A DNA stretch of 64,000 nt from the IMG/VR virus record IMGVR_UViG_3300035698_006348, positions 22,464 to 86,463 of that record; one strand, given 5' to 3'. Within the stretch, counting starts at the first letter, position 1. Each line of letters begins with the position of its first letter. A program made the translations under genes and the position numbers. Positions 1 to 9,751 of this stretch are shown one piece after another. The stretch is from a virus. Below the pieces are notes generated by a model. It was not told the DNA's origin. It made no database searches and saw only the letters and a program-made list of their open reading frames with translations.

Positions 1-11
1 TCAGAAACAGT

Positions 12-758
12 GTGGATTCATGTAGAGAGAGCATATATGCAACTTACGCACAAGCCTATGATGCAATACCAAACTCCCATCAAATTGTAAGCGAGTGCTC
101 AGTCTTCATTGGTGTATCACCAATGTACAAAAATGGGACACCAGAAAATGTAAAAAAGAAAGTGAGGCAGATTCTTGGTTTTAACTACACTGGTGCCAGT
201 CATATATGGGAATCAAGAGTTATCCAAGAAAGAAACTTTAATGGAATTACACTTAAAGGTAAATTGGTTACACCAAACATCATATCCCTTATAACTTTTG
301 TACTAAAATATCCAAGTATAAGTACAGTTTCCCATCAATCCATGATTACTATGGGAATGGGAGATATTGACCATGGTACCTATGGTATTAGTAAAAATCA
401 AGTTTTCCTAACTACAATGATGCTTCATGCAGTGGAGCATAGAAAAAGTTTCTGTAGTGTTGTCTTAGCCTTTGGAAACCAAGCCTCAAATGGAATAGGG
501 ACTTATTTACTTAAGTTTCCTCCAAAAAGTTTTATTGTGGAAGCTATTAAATACTATATTAAATATAGAAAAACATTTGATAAAATGTACTTTACTCCAG
601 ATTTTCTATTTGCAGGAACAGTTTTTGAAACCAAAGAAGCCTATGATATTTTCTTTAAAACCCTGGTTGAGCTTATGCCAAATACTATACATCCTGATAC
701 AAATTGCCCAGAAGATGAAGATGATTGGGATGAAGAAGATGAGGATTATGATGATTAA
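12..758 (+). CDS. hypothetical protein (may be 5'-truncated by window edge), acidic C-terminal tail
   Basis: 248-aa ORF in a run of co-oriented overlapping ORFs; ends EDEDDWDEEDEDYDD; no recognisable motif. Confidence 0.6.
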   Translation: MDSCRESIYATYAQAYDAIPNSHQIVSECSVFIGVSPMYKNGTPENVKKKVRQILGFNYTGASHIWESRVIQERNFNGITLKGKLVTPNIISLITFVLKYPSISTVSHQSMITMGMGDIDHGTYGISKNQVFLTTMMLHAVEHRKSFCSVVLAFGNQASNGIGTYLLKFPPKSFIVEAIKYYIKYRKTFDKMYFTPDFLFAGTVFETKEAYDIFFKTLVELMPNTIHPDTNCPEDEDDWDEEDEDYDD

Positions 759-1470
759 GCCCACTTACACTAATACCAGAGTATCTATATATGTAAAAGA
801 TACAGAATCTGGAAATATCACTTATCGTCTTGGTTCTTATTGTAAAGATATATTATTAAATGGGATTGTAGCTATTTTACGTCTCGACAATAAAACGATT
901 GGGCTAACACTTCCAGTAGACACAAAACCTAAGCATATCCATAGATTTATAAACATACTCAATAAAATTTATGGGGTGGAAATTACATGGGAAACTATAG
1001 AATCATTACCTGTACTATGGATAGAAAATGAAATACCAACTCATCTGTATGTATTTATAATCCATCTAATTAAGCATGGAGAGTTTGATTTTTATAGTGA
1101 TATATATAATGAACTTACACCTGGGTGGGATTTAGCTTTTGGACGTAGCAGTATAGCGAGTTGGCTACTCAGTAAAATTCCAAATGACACACGGTCTACC
1201 TATATGCTATCTTCTGCTTTTTATGCTTTTCTTAGACCAGAAGAAATAGTTGAGGAAATCCCGAAAAATATTGGTTGTGCTATGGTGATTGAATTATCCA
1301 AAACACACCGTATGTTTTATTTTGTTAGAGTTAATTTTGAATGGTTCGATAAAAGGTTTAAAGAGCAGTTAACGACCCATGTGGATGATTTAGTAATGTG
1401 TATGTCAGAAACTGACTGGTTATTGATTAGAGCTTATATTACATGCCTTATACATATGAAAAGGAGCTAA
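748..1470 (+). CDS. hypothetical protein
   Basis: ORF track start 535; more likely ATG at 748/751 after GAGGA, overlapping the upstream stop. Confidence 0.6.
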   Translation: MMIKPTYTNTRVSIYVKDTESGNITYRLGSYCKDILLNGIVAILRLDNKTIGLTLPVDTKPKHIHRFINILNKIYGVEITWETIESLPVLWIENEIPTHLYVFIIHLIKHGEFDFYSDIYNELTPGWDLAFGRSSIASWLLSKIPNDTRSTYMLSSAFYAFLRPEEIVEEIPKNIGCAMVIELSKTHRMFYFVRVNFEWFDKRFKEQLTTHVDDLVMCMSETDWLLIRAYITCLIHMKRS

Positions 1471-1471
1471 G

Positions 1472-1840
1472 ATGGAGAACAAAATGGTTAAAGAATTACT
1501 TACAGAAAAAGAACTAATGGAAAAAGTAAAACAAGCAAATAATATAATGAAACTTAGATATGATAGTGATGATTTTAGTATGATATGGGTCTTACGTTTT
1601 AAGTATAATGGAAATAATGATTACTTTATATATAATGCAGAGGGAGACTATAATATCTTTATTTCTCCATATTATATATCTATCTCTGGAAATATGGGAG
1701 CAATTATGAAGTTTTTTGACAATCATTATGGAAATATTTTCCCAAAATTAGAAATAGACTCAGAAACAATGGAAGTTATGTTAGAAGAATGGCGTGGATT
1801 TAATAAACTAATGCCTATTATAAGTGGAGAGGATAAATAA
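1472..1840 (+). CDS. hypothetical protein
   Basis: AAGGAG RBS, 122-aa ORF abutting neighbours. Confidence 0.65.
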   Translation: MENKMVKELLTEKELMEKVKQANNIMKLRYDSDDFSMIWVLRFKYNGNNDYFIYNAEGDYNIFISPYYISISGNMGAIMKFFDNHYGNIFPKLEIDSETMEVMLEEWRGFNKLMPIISGEDK

Positions 1841-1841
1841 A

Positions 1842-3059
1842 ATGTTAAAAATTTCTGGTAAATATAATGAAGCAGTAGTATATGCAAATGAAGTTGAAGA
1901 GACTGCCAAAGACCAAATCATTGAATTGTGTAACCAACAATTTACTGCTGGATGGGCTATTAGAATGATGCCAGATTTACATGCTGGTGCTGGATGTGTA
2001 ATTGGAACAACTATTGATCTGAAAGAGAATAAGAAGATTGTACCAAACCTCATTGGGGTAGATATTGGCTGTGGGGTTAGAGTTGTACATCTAGGAAAGG
2101 TGGATATTGATTTTGATAAATTAGAAAACTTTATTAGAACAAATATCCCAACTGGATTTCATGTTAGAAGTAAACCTCATAGGTTATTGGAAGAAACAAG
2201 ACTACGTGATCTATGCTGTTATTCAGATGTTTACAAGCCAAAGCATAAATTAGCCATTGGAACTCTCGGAAGTGGCAATCATTTTATTGAGATAGATAAA
2301 GATAACCAAGGAAATAAATATTTACTAATCCATACTGGTAGTAGAAATTTAGGGTTCAGGATAGCTAATTTTTGGCAAAGAAGAGCTATTGAGACCATTG
2401 GTATAGCCAAAATTAAATATAGGGAGGATGTAATTGCCCATGCAAAGAAAACAAATGAAGAAGGTACTATCCAAGATAGACTTAAAGGAAATTTTTTAAG
2501 GACACCACCAGAGGCATTGTGTTATCTAGAAGGAGTAAACTTTGATGGTTACATGATGGATATGAAGGTAGCCCAGGAATATGCAGAGCTAAACAGAAAA
2601 GCCATAGCAGAGGTTATCATCGAAGGTATGGGATTTACACCTATTCATCAATTCTCATCGGTCCATAACTATATTGAAGATTCAAGAATTATTAGAAAAG
2701 GTGCAGTCTCTGCCAAAGAGGGTGAACGGCTAATTATCCCAATCAATATGAGGGATGGGGCTTTACTATGTGCTGGTCTTGGGAATAAAGATGCAAACTA
2801 TTCTGCTCCACACGGGGCTGGTAGACTATATTCACGTGGTGATGCAAAGAGAAAACTTAGCATGGCTACATATGAAAGTGAGATGTCTGAGGTTTATACA
2901 ACAAGTGTAACTCCAGAAACTCTTGATGAATGTGCTGGAGCGTATAAACCAATAGAAGAGATTATTAAAAACATTGATACTCTGGTAACAGTTACTGAAC
3001 ATATAGTACCAGTATACTCACTAAAGGATATCCCAGAGAAAAGAAGAAGGAGAAGGTAA
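1842..3059 (+). CDS. rtcB: RtcB family RNA 2',3'-cyclic-phosphate/3'-P ligase
   Basis: Motifs MPDLHAG, GVDIGCG, GTLGSGNHFIEI, HTGSR, VHNY, RKGA, SAPHGAGR, DECAGAYK; GGAGAGG RBS before ATG 1842. Confidence 0.95.
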   Translation: MLKISGKYNEAVVYANEVEETAKDQIIELCNQQFTAGWAIRMMPDLHAGAGCVIGTTIDLKENKKIVPNLIGVDIGCGVRVVHLGKVDIDFDKLENFIRTNIPTGFHVRSKPHRLLEETRLRDLCCYSDVYKPKHKLAIGTLGSGNHFIEIDKDNQGNKYLLIHTGSRNLGFRIANFWQRRAIETIGIAKIKYREDVIAHAKKTNEEGTIQDRLKGNFLRTPPEALCYLEGVNFDGYMMDMKVAQEYAELNRKAIAEVIIEGMGFTPIHQFSSVHNYIEDSRIIRKGAVSAKEGERLIIPINMRDGALLCAGLGNKDANYSAPHGAGRLYSRGDAKRKLSMATYESEMSEVYTTSVTPETLDECAGAYKPIEEIIKNIDTLVTVTEHIVPVYSLKDIPEKRRRRR

Positions 3060-3406
3060 TGCCCACTGTAACATATTGTTTTTATGGAGTGTATAGAACT
3101 ATGTATAAAATGGATAATATTCTATGTAAAGTTACTGAGGATAATGGGTATTACAGAACAACACATATACCATCAGCTACAACTGGTTTAGAAGCTATCC
3201 GTAGTAAATTCCCCATAACTCCTTTGGCAACCGTAGTATATAAAGGACTTTATGAAGAACATGGTTTTAAAGGATTTAATATTATCGACTGTGAAGATAA
3301 GCATATATGGTTACATGCTGGCGTTGATTTAAATAATAAATTTGTGTTTGAATATACACCAAAAAAGGCGGGTGTAGTGGATAAAGATGGGTTTATTTGG
3401 ATATAG
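3059..3406 (+). CDS. hypothetical protein, paralog of next ORF
   Basis: Coupled to rtcB by TAATG overlap; aligns by eye over full length with 3421..3762. Confidence 0.7.
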   Translation: MPTVTYCFYGVYRTMYKMDNILCKVTEDNGYYRTTHIPSATTGLEAIRSKFPITPLATVVYKGLYEEHGFKGFNIIDCEDKHIWLHAGVDLNNKFVFEYTPKKAGVVDKDGFIWI

Positions 3407-3420
3407 AAAAGGATAAGATA

Positions 3421-3762
3421 ATGGAATTTGATTTTTATGGAACATATAAGGATATGTTTAAAATGGGCACTGTGATAGCTTTAGTAACTCCTGATGAGCA
3501 TCTTGGATTCAGAACTGAATTTATATCTGCTGCTATAGAAATAGCTAATAAATTCTCTGAAGAACCATTGGCAAGAGTAACATATAAATCTATACTATCA
3601 GAAGGATGGAAAGGATTTACATTAACTGATGCAGAGGATGGACATATTTGGCTAACTGCTGGTACTAAAGAAGATCATTATGGTAATAAAGAGTTTGTAT
3701 TTCTATCTAATATGGAACAAAAACAATCAAAAGTGGATAGTGAAGGTTTTGTATGGATGTAA
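3421..3762 (+). CDS. hypothetical protein, paralog of previous ORF
   Basis: Shared FYGxY..MxKM, PLAxVxYK, KGF...D.ED.HIWL.AG, VD..GF.W motifs. Confidence 0.7.
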   Translation: MEFDFYGTYKDMFKMGTVIALVTPDEHLGFRTEFISAAIEIANKFSEEPLARVTYKSILSEGWKGFTLTDAEDGHIWLTAGTKEDHYGNKEFVFLSNMEQKQSKVDSEGFVWM

Positions 3763-3777
3763 AAAAGGAGGAATAGA

Positions 3778-4041
3778 ATGGCTGCTATTGATAAAATCTA
3801 TGGCACAACACAAGAATTTCTTGAGTTTTTTGAATGGTGTAAGAAAAATAAAAAGAGTGCTTTACCATATTTTTATTATGCTAGTAATGAACATATTACA
3901 AATATCAGAATGAAAGAGTGGAATGATGGGAAAAATCACGTGATTTCAAACTTCCCAAAACACATTGATGTATGGATGCTTAATAATTGTCCACTAGAGT
4001 TTATTACTAAGAAAATTAAAGAACAATATAATATGGATTAG
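3778..4041 (+). CDS. hypothetical protein
   Basis: AGGAGG RBS, 87 aa. Confidence 0.7.
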   Translation: MAAIDKIYGTTQEFLEFFEWCKKNKKSALPYFYYASNEHITNIRMKEWNDGKNHVISNFPKHIDVWMLNNCPLEFITKKIKEQYNMD

Positions 4042-4051
4042 GAGAATTAAA

Positions 4052-4387
4052 ATGAGAATTGATATTGAAACAGTGAATCTTATACAGTATCTACGGAGAA
4101 TGATTAATCAAACACCATTAGAAGAAATTGAGTGGTATTCTGAGGGTAAACAATTAATACCTCCACCAGAAACTATCAAAGAGTTTAACTATATTGGATT
4201 AAGTAATATTCAATTTGTAACATGTGATTACAAAGATTGGAGAGAAGATTGGCCAGTAAATGCTGTACCCTCTAGGGAACGTAGAGAATATCTACGGGAT
4301 GGTGTGGAAGACTTTTTTATTGACAATAAGGATATACTTAGTAGATTGGCAGAACTGACTAAAGAAATATATAAAGAGGAGAATTAA
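4052..4387 (+). CDS. hypothetical protein
   Basis: AGGAG RBS, 111 aa. Confidence 0.65.
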   Translation: MRIDIETVNLIQYLRRMINQTPLEEIEWYSEGKQLIPPPETIKEFNYIGLSNIQFVTCDYKDWREDWPVNAVPSRERREYLRDGVEDFFIDNKDILSRLAELTKEIYKEEN

Positions 4388-4762
4388 ATGAGTGAAAATG
4401 AGAAATGCCCAGTGTGTAATAGTGATGGTGTACTTATGCAAACAGAATTTTATAATCAATTCTATGTAGTATGCTCTAGGTTATTTGATTGTGGTTGGAG
4501 AAGACAAGAAGCATTTAATACAGAAAAAGAAGCTTGGCAATCCTGGGATTACCGCCCAGAAAATGATATTGAATCGGGGACAACATCTTATTTACAGACA
4601 CGTTGTGGAATACAAAAAATATCAATAAAAAAATTGAGAACAGAAATGGAAAGATTAAAAGATATTATCAATCGAACGCATGATGAAGCATGTAATATAT
4701 TTTGTGATTCTGGTATAAATTCAGGAAAATTAATGGAAATTTTAGAGGAAGAAGTAAAATGA
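4388..4762 (+). CDS. Lar-like (restriction alleviation) zinc-ribbon protein
   Basis: CPVC...YVVC....CG...TEKEAWQSWDYR pattern typical of Lar family. Confidence 0.55.
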   Translation: MSENEKCPVCNSDGVLMQTEFYNQFYVVCSRLFDCGWRRQEAFNTEKEAWQSWDYRPENDIESGTTSYLQTRCGIQKISIKKLRTEMERLKDIINRTHDEACNIFCDSGINSGKLMEILEEEVK

Positions 4763-5517
4763 AACTAAATAAATCTGTAAAATTATACAAAGTACTACGT
4801 GGTGGCGGGAACTCATGCCATGGCGGTAACTGTGTTTGGTCTCTACCTGATGGTGATACACCAGGTAAATGGATGCCAAAAATTAATGATAAACTAGTAG
4901 TATGTAAAAATGGATACCATCTTATTACAAGAAACTTCCTAATTGACTGGATTAATTTGGGAGTTTATGAAGCGGAATGTAAAGGAAAAACTTTATTATC
5001 TGGTGATAAAATTGTTACAAAAAAAGTTAGACTACTACGCAGAGTTGGGCTTTTGGATAAAAGACTGGTCAGACTTTTTACTTACGATTGTGTTGATAGA
5101 ATATTACCTATGTTTGAGAATGAGAATCCGTATGATAAAATCCTAAGAAAAGCAATAGAAACAGCAAGATTATATGCAGATGGTAAAGCAACAGAAAAAG
5201 AAATAATTATGGTAAGAGAGGAGGCTGAAAATATACTACTAGCATGTACCACAGACACTAGAACAAAATATGCAATAACTGCTGTTATATCTGCTACTCT
5301 ATTATATGATAATCCAAAGAATCTTAACGTATTGCTTTGTGAACTGGATTTTGTGGCATATATTGCAAAAAGTGTTGCAAATAGTGCAAGAATCTCAAAG
5401 GCACATGCTATGATGGAACAAGGTATAAAATGTAATACCACATATATTAGCGAAAGAGCCTGGCAAAGCGATAAATTGTTTGAATATTTAGAGGTAGGGA
5501 ATAAACTATACTCGTAA
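4759..5517 (+). CDS. conserved phage protein with Imm5-like C-terminal helical domain
   Basis: N-terminal C..GYH..W....YEAE region; LFTYDCVDRILPMFE..P.D..LRKAIETAR resembles Imm5-like domain. Confidence 0.5.
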   Translation: MKLNKSVKLYKVLRGGGNSCHGGNCVWSLPDGDTPGKWMPKINDKLVVCKNGYHLITRNFLIDWINLGVYEAECKGKTLLSGDKIVTKKVRLLRRVGLLDKRLVRLFTYDCVDRILPMFENENPYDKILRKAIETARLYADGKATEKEIIMVREEAENILLACTTDTRTKYAITAVISATLLYDNPKNLNVLLCELDFVAYIAKSVANSARISKAHAMMEQGIKCNTTYISERAWQSDKLFEYLEVGNKLYS

Positions 5518-5537
5518 TAAAATAGTTTTACTTAATT

Positions 5538-5577
5538 AAAAAGAGCCCGATGGGAAAGTCCATCGGGCTCTTTTTTT
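5538..5577. terminator. bidirectional intrinsic terminator between converging gene arms
   Basis: AAAAA-GAGCCCGATGG-loop-CCATCGGGCTC-TTTTTTT, 11-bp GC-rich stem with A- and T-tracts. Confidence 0.9.
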
Positions 5578-5586
5578 ATGGTTATA

Positions 5587-7890
5587 TCATTTATTCAGTA
5601 TCTGGAAAAACTTAGATTTATCTCTGTAAATTGTGCCTCCTTTTAACTCTGACTTCCACATATAAATATACATAGCAAATACTTCATCTACTGTAGTATT
5701 AGTTGGACAATTAATTGTTTTACTAATACTATTGGTAATATACTCTTGCCATGCTGATTGCATGTTTACATGGTCTTTCCAATCAAGATCATGAGCAGTA
5801 ATAAATACTTCCTTAAGCTTATCTGGAACTCCATCTATATCTTGTAGTGAGCCTTTAGCTATAATTTCTTTCTTTATTTCCTCTAAATTTTCAACCCCAT
5901 ATTCTTCTAGTTTTCTAAATAGAATTGGGTTTACTTCTACAATCTTATCCTTTACAGAATTACCAACACCCTCTGTTATATATCTAGTGTAAGCTAAAGC
6001 AAAGAATGGTTCAATACCAGAATTTACTCCAGCTAGTAAAGCAATACTTCCTGTTGGTGCTATTGATGTAACTGATACATTCCGTAATGGAAAGTCAGTA
6101 CGTTCAATAGGTTTATTTATTCCAGATAGTGGGGAATTTAATACTCTATTTACTGATGAGAAGTCAATCTGCTCCGCATCATAATCAGGAAATGTTCCGC
6201 GTTCTTCTGCAAGTACATTTGACTCCAATATAGCAAAGAATGAAATAAACCATCCTAAATAATTTGCGAGAGTTATAGCATCTTTGGAATTATATGGCAT
6301 CTCCAGCTCTGCTAACAAATCAGCAAACCCCATAACACCTACACCAAGCCTACGCAATGCTTTGGATGTAGTGTTGATTTCATCAATCTGGGTCTCCGAG
6401 ATCGTCTGAACATTATCAAGAAATCTTACGGACTTTCTAACTAAAAACTCTAAGAACTCTAAATTGAGTGCCTTCGTGTTAAAATCATATACACTATGTA
6501 AGTTAATACTACCTAAGCAACATGATTCATGTGGTAATAGGGGGACTTCACCGCATGGGTTGGTCGTATCTATATCTCCCTTATACTTCCTAACTATATT
6601 ATCTTTGTTTACTCTATCTAAGAATAGAATTCCTGGATCTCCAGACTCCCAAGCCCGTAAAGCAATATTATATAAAATAGCTCTGGCTGGTACAGTTTTT
6701 ACTACCTTCTTATCAACAACAGATAATAAATTCCAATTCTTATCCTCAATAACTGCTTCCATAAAATCATCTGTAATTCCAATAGAGACATTGAAATGAG
6801 TTAGTTGATTGTTCTGTAATACATGAGATAAATCTTCAATGTTTCCAGCATCCTTAGAATACGCCTGGAATTCACTAATCAGGCGTTTATTTTTTTCAGT
6901 TAATGTAGATTTATAATCTATAAATTCAATAACATCTGGATGAGTAATATTCATAATACCCATCTGTGCTCCTCTTCTAGAAGCCTGTTGTATTACTTCT
7001 CCTGTATGGTCAAACAAGGTCATAAAAGATAATGGACCAGAATTATGTGAAATAAATCCATTTGCAATAAAATTATGAAACGGCTTTTTCATCGCTAAAT
7101 CATACACCTTCTCAATACCAACATATTCAATGGAAATAATCTTATCAAAGTATATTTCCTTGTGTAATCTTGGATTTCCTACTGCAATTAAGTCTCCAAC
7201 AGAGAATTGTTTTGTTTCTTGCCAATCATGTTTAGAATTTAAAAACCTATGATTACTTGTCGCCTTTATTGAATATCCGTCTTCTGTGGTTATTTTATAG
7301 ACCTTTTCCTCTCCATTGTAAATAATATCCACTATACTATTTAGACCCAATGAATTATTTTCTTTCATACACCTAATAAGAGGAAAAACCTTGCCTCTAG
7401 ACCTTCTATCAAATAATGTGGAAAGAGTTACTTCCTCTTTTTGTTTCCATCTTGCACTATCTTTATATACAACTGTGTCACCAGTCAAACAAGCCTTACC
7501 TCCAGTAGTTTTTATCTCAGCACCCTTTTCTCTAATACGAGAGAAATTATATCCTACTCCCCCTCCCCAAGCAAACACTTCAGCAGACTTACCTAAAGCA
7601 TCATATAATGATTTTCGTGAGTCCTCTATTGGAATCACAAAGCAGTTCATAAGATTCTTTATACCAGTACCAGCATTAGCTATAACTCTCCCACCTGGAA
7701 GAAAAGCATTATTACTAATCATATTGAAGAAGTCTCCAGCTAACTTGGAGACTTCTTCTTTTGTTTTACCATATGAAAGTTCTGCATTAGCCACTGTTGA
7801 ACTTACTCTCCAGCAAGCCTCTTCCCATGTTTCTTTTGGATCCACAGCATACTTCATCTTGAATATTCTGTTTGCTACATCATTTAACAT
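5587..7890 (-). CDS. nrdJ: class II (adenosylcobalamin-dependent) ribonucleotide reductase, intein-containing
   Basis: FLPGGR, NCF, GGGVG, RRGAQMG, TNPCGE, CCLGSINL, RRLGVGVMG, IAPTGSI, SISKTIN, TIYRD; no NrdB in window. Confidence 0.9.
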   Translation of the reverse strand: MLNDVANRIFKMKYAVDPKETWEEACWRVSSTVANAELSYGKTKEEVSKLAGDFFNMISNNAFLPGGRVIANAGTGIKNLMNCFVIPIEDSRKSLYDALGKSAEVFAWGGGVGYNFSRIREKGAEIKTTGGKACLTGDTVVYKDSARWKQKEEVTLSTLFDRRSRGKVFPLIRCMKENNSLGLNSIVDIIYNGEEKVYKITTEDGYSIKATSNHRFLNSKHDWQETKQFSVGDLIAVGNPRLHKEIYFDKIISIEYVGIEKVYDLAMKKPFHNFIANGFISHNSGPLSFMTLFDHTGEVIQQASRRGAQMGIMNITHPDVIEFIDYKSTLTEKNKRLISEFQAYSKDAGNIEDLSHVLQNNQLTHFNVSIGITDDFMEAVIEDKNWNLLSVVDKKVVKTVPARAILYNIALRAWESGDPGILFLDRVNKDNIVRKYKGDIDTTNPCGEVPLLPHESCCLGSINLHSVYDFNTKALNLEFLEFLVRKSVRFLDNVQTISETQIDEINTTSKALRRLGVGVMGFADLLAELEMPYNSKDAITLANYLGWFISFFAILESNVLAEERGTFPDYDAEQIDFSSVNRVLNSPLSGINKPIERTDFPLRNVSVTSIAPTGSIALLAGVNSGIEPFFALAYTRYITEGVGNSVKDKIVEVNPILFRKLEEYGVENLEEIKKEIIAKGSLQDIDGVPDKLKEVFITAHDLDWKDHVNMQSAWQEYITNSISKTINCPTNTTVDEVFAMYIYMWKSELKGGTIYRDKSKFFQILNK
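7042..7491 (-). mobile_element. mini-intein (150 aa, no homing endonuclease) in NrdJ
   Basis: Starts CLTGDT, block B ATSNHRF, ends VYDL...HNFIANGFISHN followed by Ser(+1) of SGPLSFM. Confidence 0.92.
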
Positions 7891-7900
7891 AGATAATCCC

Positions 7901-8731
7901 TTATTTTAATAATAAACCTTGATAATCTTTACTGAATATAAATACTTCCCGTGACTTTTCAGCACCTGGGAACATTCCATAAGCCCACTGTTCAGGCTCT
8001 GCTCTTATAAAATCTCTGTACAAGTTACCTATATAATCTGAATTATTATAAGTCATAATCCAATTCAGTTTATTCGTAAGAAGGTCTCTTAGTTCTTCAT
8101 GAGGGAATCCTTTATGTAAACTACCATCTTTACCATAATACTCAGAATTATTACCTAAAGCATAAGGGGGATCAAGAAACATAAACGTATCCTCTGTATT
8201 ATTATTTATTGTATCTCTAAAATCCTGTAAATCTACAGAGAAGTTATCTACTTTGAATTTAGATAAAAAGTTTACATTAGACTCTTTGAAGCCTTTTTGT
8301 TTCTTTGCCATACTTCCAGACATTCCTCTACCTGAGAAAGAGGCTCTATTTAAAACATAGAACTGTACAGCTTTTTGATACTGAGTTTTGTATACAGTCT
8401 TCTTTAGGGCTTTAAAATCATCAACAGAAATAGGTAAAAACTCCATTGCAGCTTTTGCAACACCTTCTGCGTTGTCTATAACTTCCTTCCAAAAATCTAC
8501 CAATAATGGATAACCATCGTAACACTTTGTTTTTACTCCTACTGAGGCAGTAGATAACTCTACCCAAGCCCCACCAACAAATGGGGAGATAATTTTTTCT
8601 ACTTCCCATGGAATACATGCTAGTATTTGTCGAATAGCTTTTGATTTTCCTCCTGGATACTGTAATGGAGAACGTGGTAGATTCTTTCTAGGCAACAACT
8701 CCCCTAAATTATTTTCTATATGCAACATCAA
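7901..8731 (-). CDS. Dam-like N6-adenine DNA methyltransferase
   Basis: YPGGKSK, PFVGG, LNRASFSG, FLDPPY. Confidence 0.9.
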   Translation of the reverse strand: MMLHIENNLGELLPRKNLPRSPLQYPGGKSKAIRQILACIPWEVEKIISPFVGGAWVELSTASVGVKTKCYDGYPLLVDFWKEVIDNAEGVAKAAMEFLPISVDDFKALKKTVYKTQYQKAVQFYVLNRASFSGRGMSGSMAKKQKGFKESNVNFLSKFKVDNFSVDLQDFRDTINNNTEDTFMFLDPPYALGNNSEYYGKDGSLHKGFPHEELRDLLTNKLNWIMTYNNSDYIGNLYRDFIRAEPEQWAYGMFPGAEKSREVFIFSKDYQGLLLK

Positions 8732-9212
8732 CTACTTCCTTTCCATCATCTTTAGATAAGCCCGTAATTTTACTCATAAATTGAAGAGTTCCTTGTTGAG
8801 TTATTCCACCAACAGCACTTCTCTTTGATTTATTAGCTAATTCCTCAATAGGTACTTCTATCAATTCTGGAGTATCCACTTTAATAAAAACTCCCTGAGC
8901 AATACCTTTTCCTTTCTCCAGTAAAACAGGTGCACCTGTAGCATTGAATACCTTTACAAAAATCTCACCTGGATGATAAAAAGCATCCCCAACACCTGCA
9001 CCTACTAAATGATTAGAGCCTCCCTTCGGTTTTATAAGTAACATATACCCTTCTGGTATTTCTACACTAACCCCAGTAGCAACTACTCGTATAGAATGAG
9101 GAGCAACATATATTTTCTCTGGAGCAAAGAAATCCATCCCTGCATCTGTTGGATTCTTGCGTTTTGGTAATATACCTTCTTCTCTTATTTTAGCGACTCG
9201 TACACTTTTCAT
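8709..9212 (-). CDS. dut: trimeric dUTPase-family protein (divergent motifs)
   Basis: DAGMDF (motif 1), VATGVSVEIPEGY, GVGDAFY (motif 3), IAQGV (motif 4). Confidence 0.8.
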   Translation of the reverse strand: MKSVRVAKIREEGILPKRKNPTDAGMDFFAPEKIYVAPHSIRVVATGVSVEIPEGYMLLIKPKGGSNHLVGAGVGDAFYHPGEIFVKVFNATGAPVLLEKGKGIAQGVFIKVDTPELIEVPIEELANKSKRSAVGGITQQGTLQFMSKITGLSKDDGKEVVDVAYRK

Positions 9213-9751
9213 TTTACCATCTCCAAATATATAGCTAAATCAGTTACATGTGGAATTCTAAATACTCCCTCAATTTCACATCCAATATTGAATGGGTGCG
9301 TCACTAAGAAAGTAGTAGCAACCTTTCGTAATTGTTTTACATTAGATATTCTGTCCTCAACAAATATATCTAAATTTAAAAGTACACTTGAGATATCCTT
9401 TCTCTCTACAAAGTATAACTCATAATCCTCTAACTTTGTTCTATTTAGCCATGTCTCAGTAACTAAAGTTAATTTACTAGCATCCCTCTGTGTTACAAAA
9501 TAAATAGAATGCCCATCCTCTTGTAGTTTAAGTAAAAAATTTTCTATTTCTATAGTCATAGGTCTTTTATCATAAAGAGGAACAATATCTTTAACAAAGT
9601 CCCAATACATTTGAGAAAATTCCACTGGAGCTCTCATCCAATATTCATCATAAGACATATCATACCCTTTAAGCTTATTCTCTTTAACATGATTATATAA
9701 AACCTCATGCCAAGGATACACCACACCATCTAAATCAAACCCGATCCTCAT
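9209..9751 (-). CDS. HAD-family 5'(3')-deoxyribonucleotidase
   Basis: FDLDGV, FVTQR, DIFVEDR, PFN. Confidence 0.8.
   Translation of the reverse strand: MRIGFDLDGVVYPWHEVLYNHVKENKLKGYDMSYDEYWMRAPVEFSQMYWDFVKDIVPLYDKRPMTIEIENFLLKLQEDGHSIYFVTQRDASKLTLVTETWLNRTKLEDYELYFVERKDISSVLLNLDIFVEDRISNVKQLRKVATTFLVTHPFNIGCEIEGVFRIPHVTDLAIYLEMVK

Noticed and set aside
6464-7909. Plus-strand ORFs antisense to nrdJ, and similar antisense ORFs in polymerase, SSB, TMP and structural genes
   Set aside because: Shadow ORFs opposite well-supported genes, without RBS or recognisable motifs
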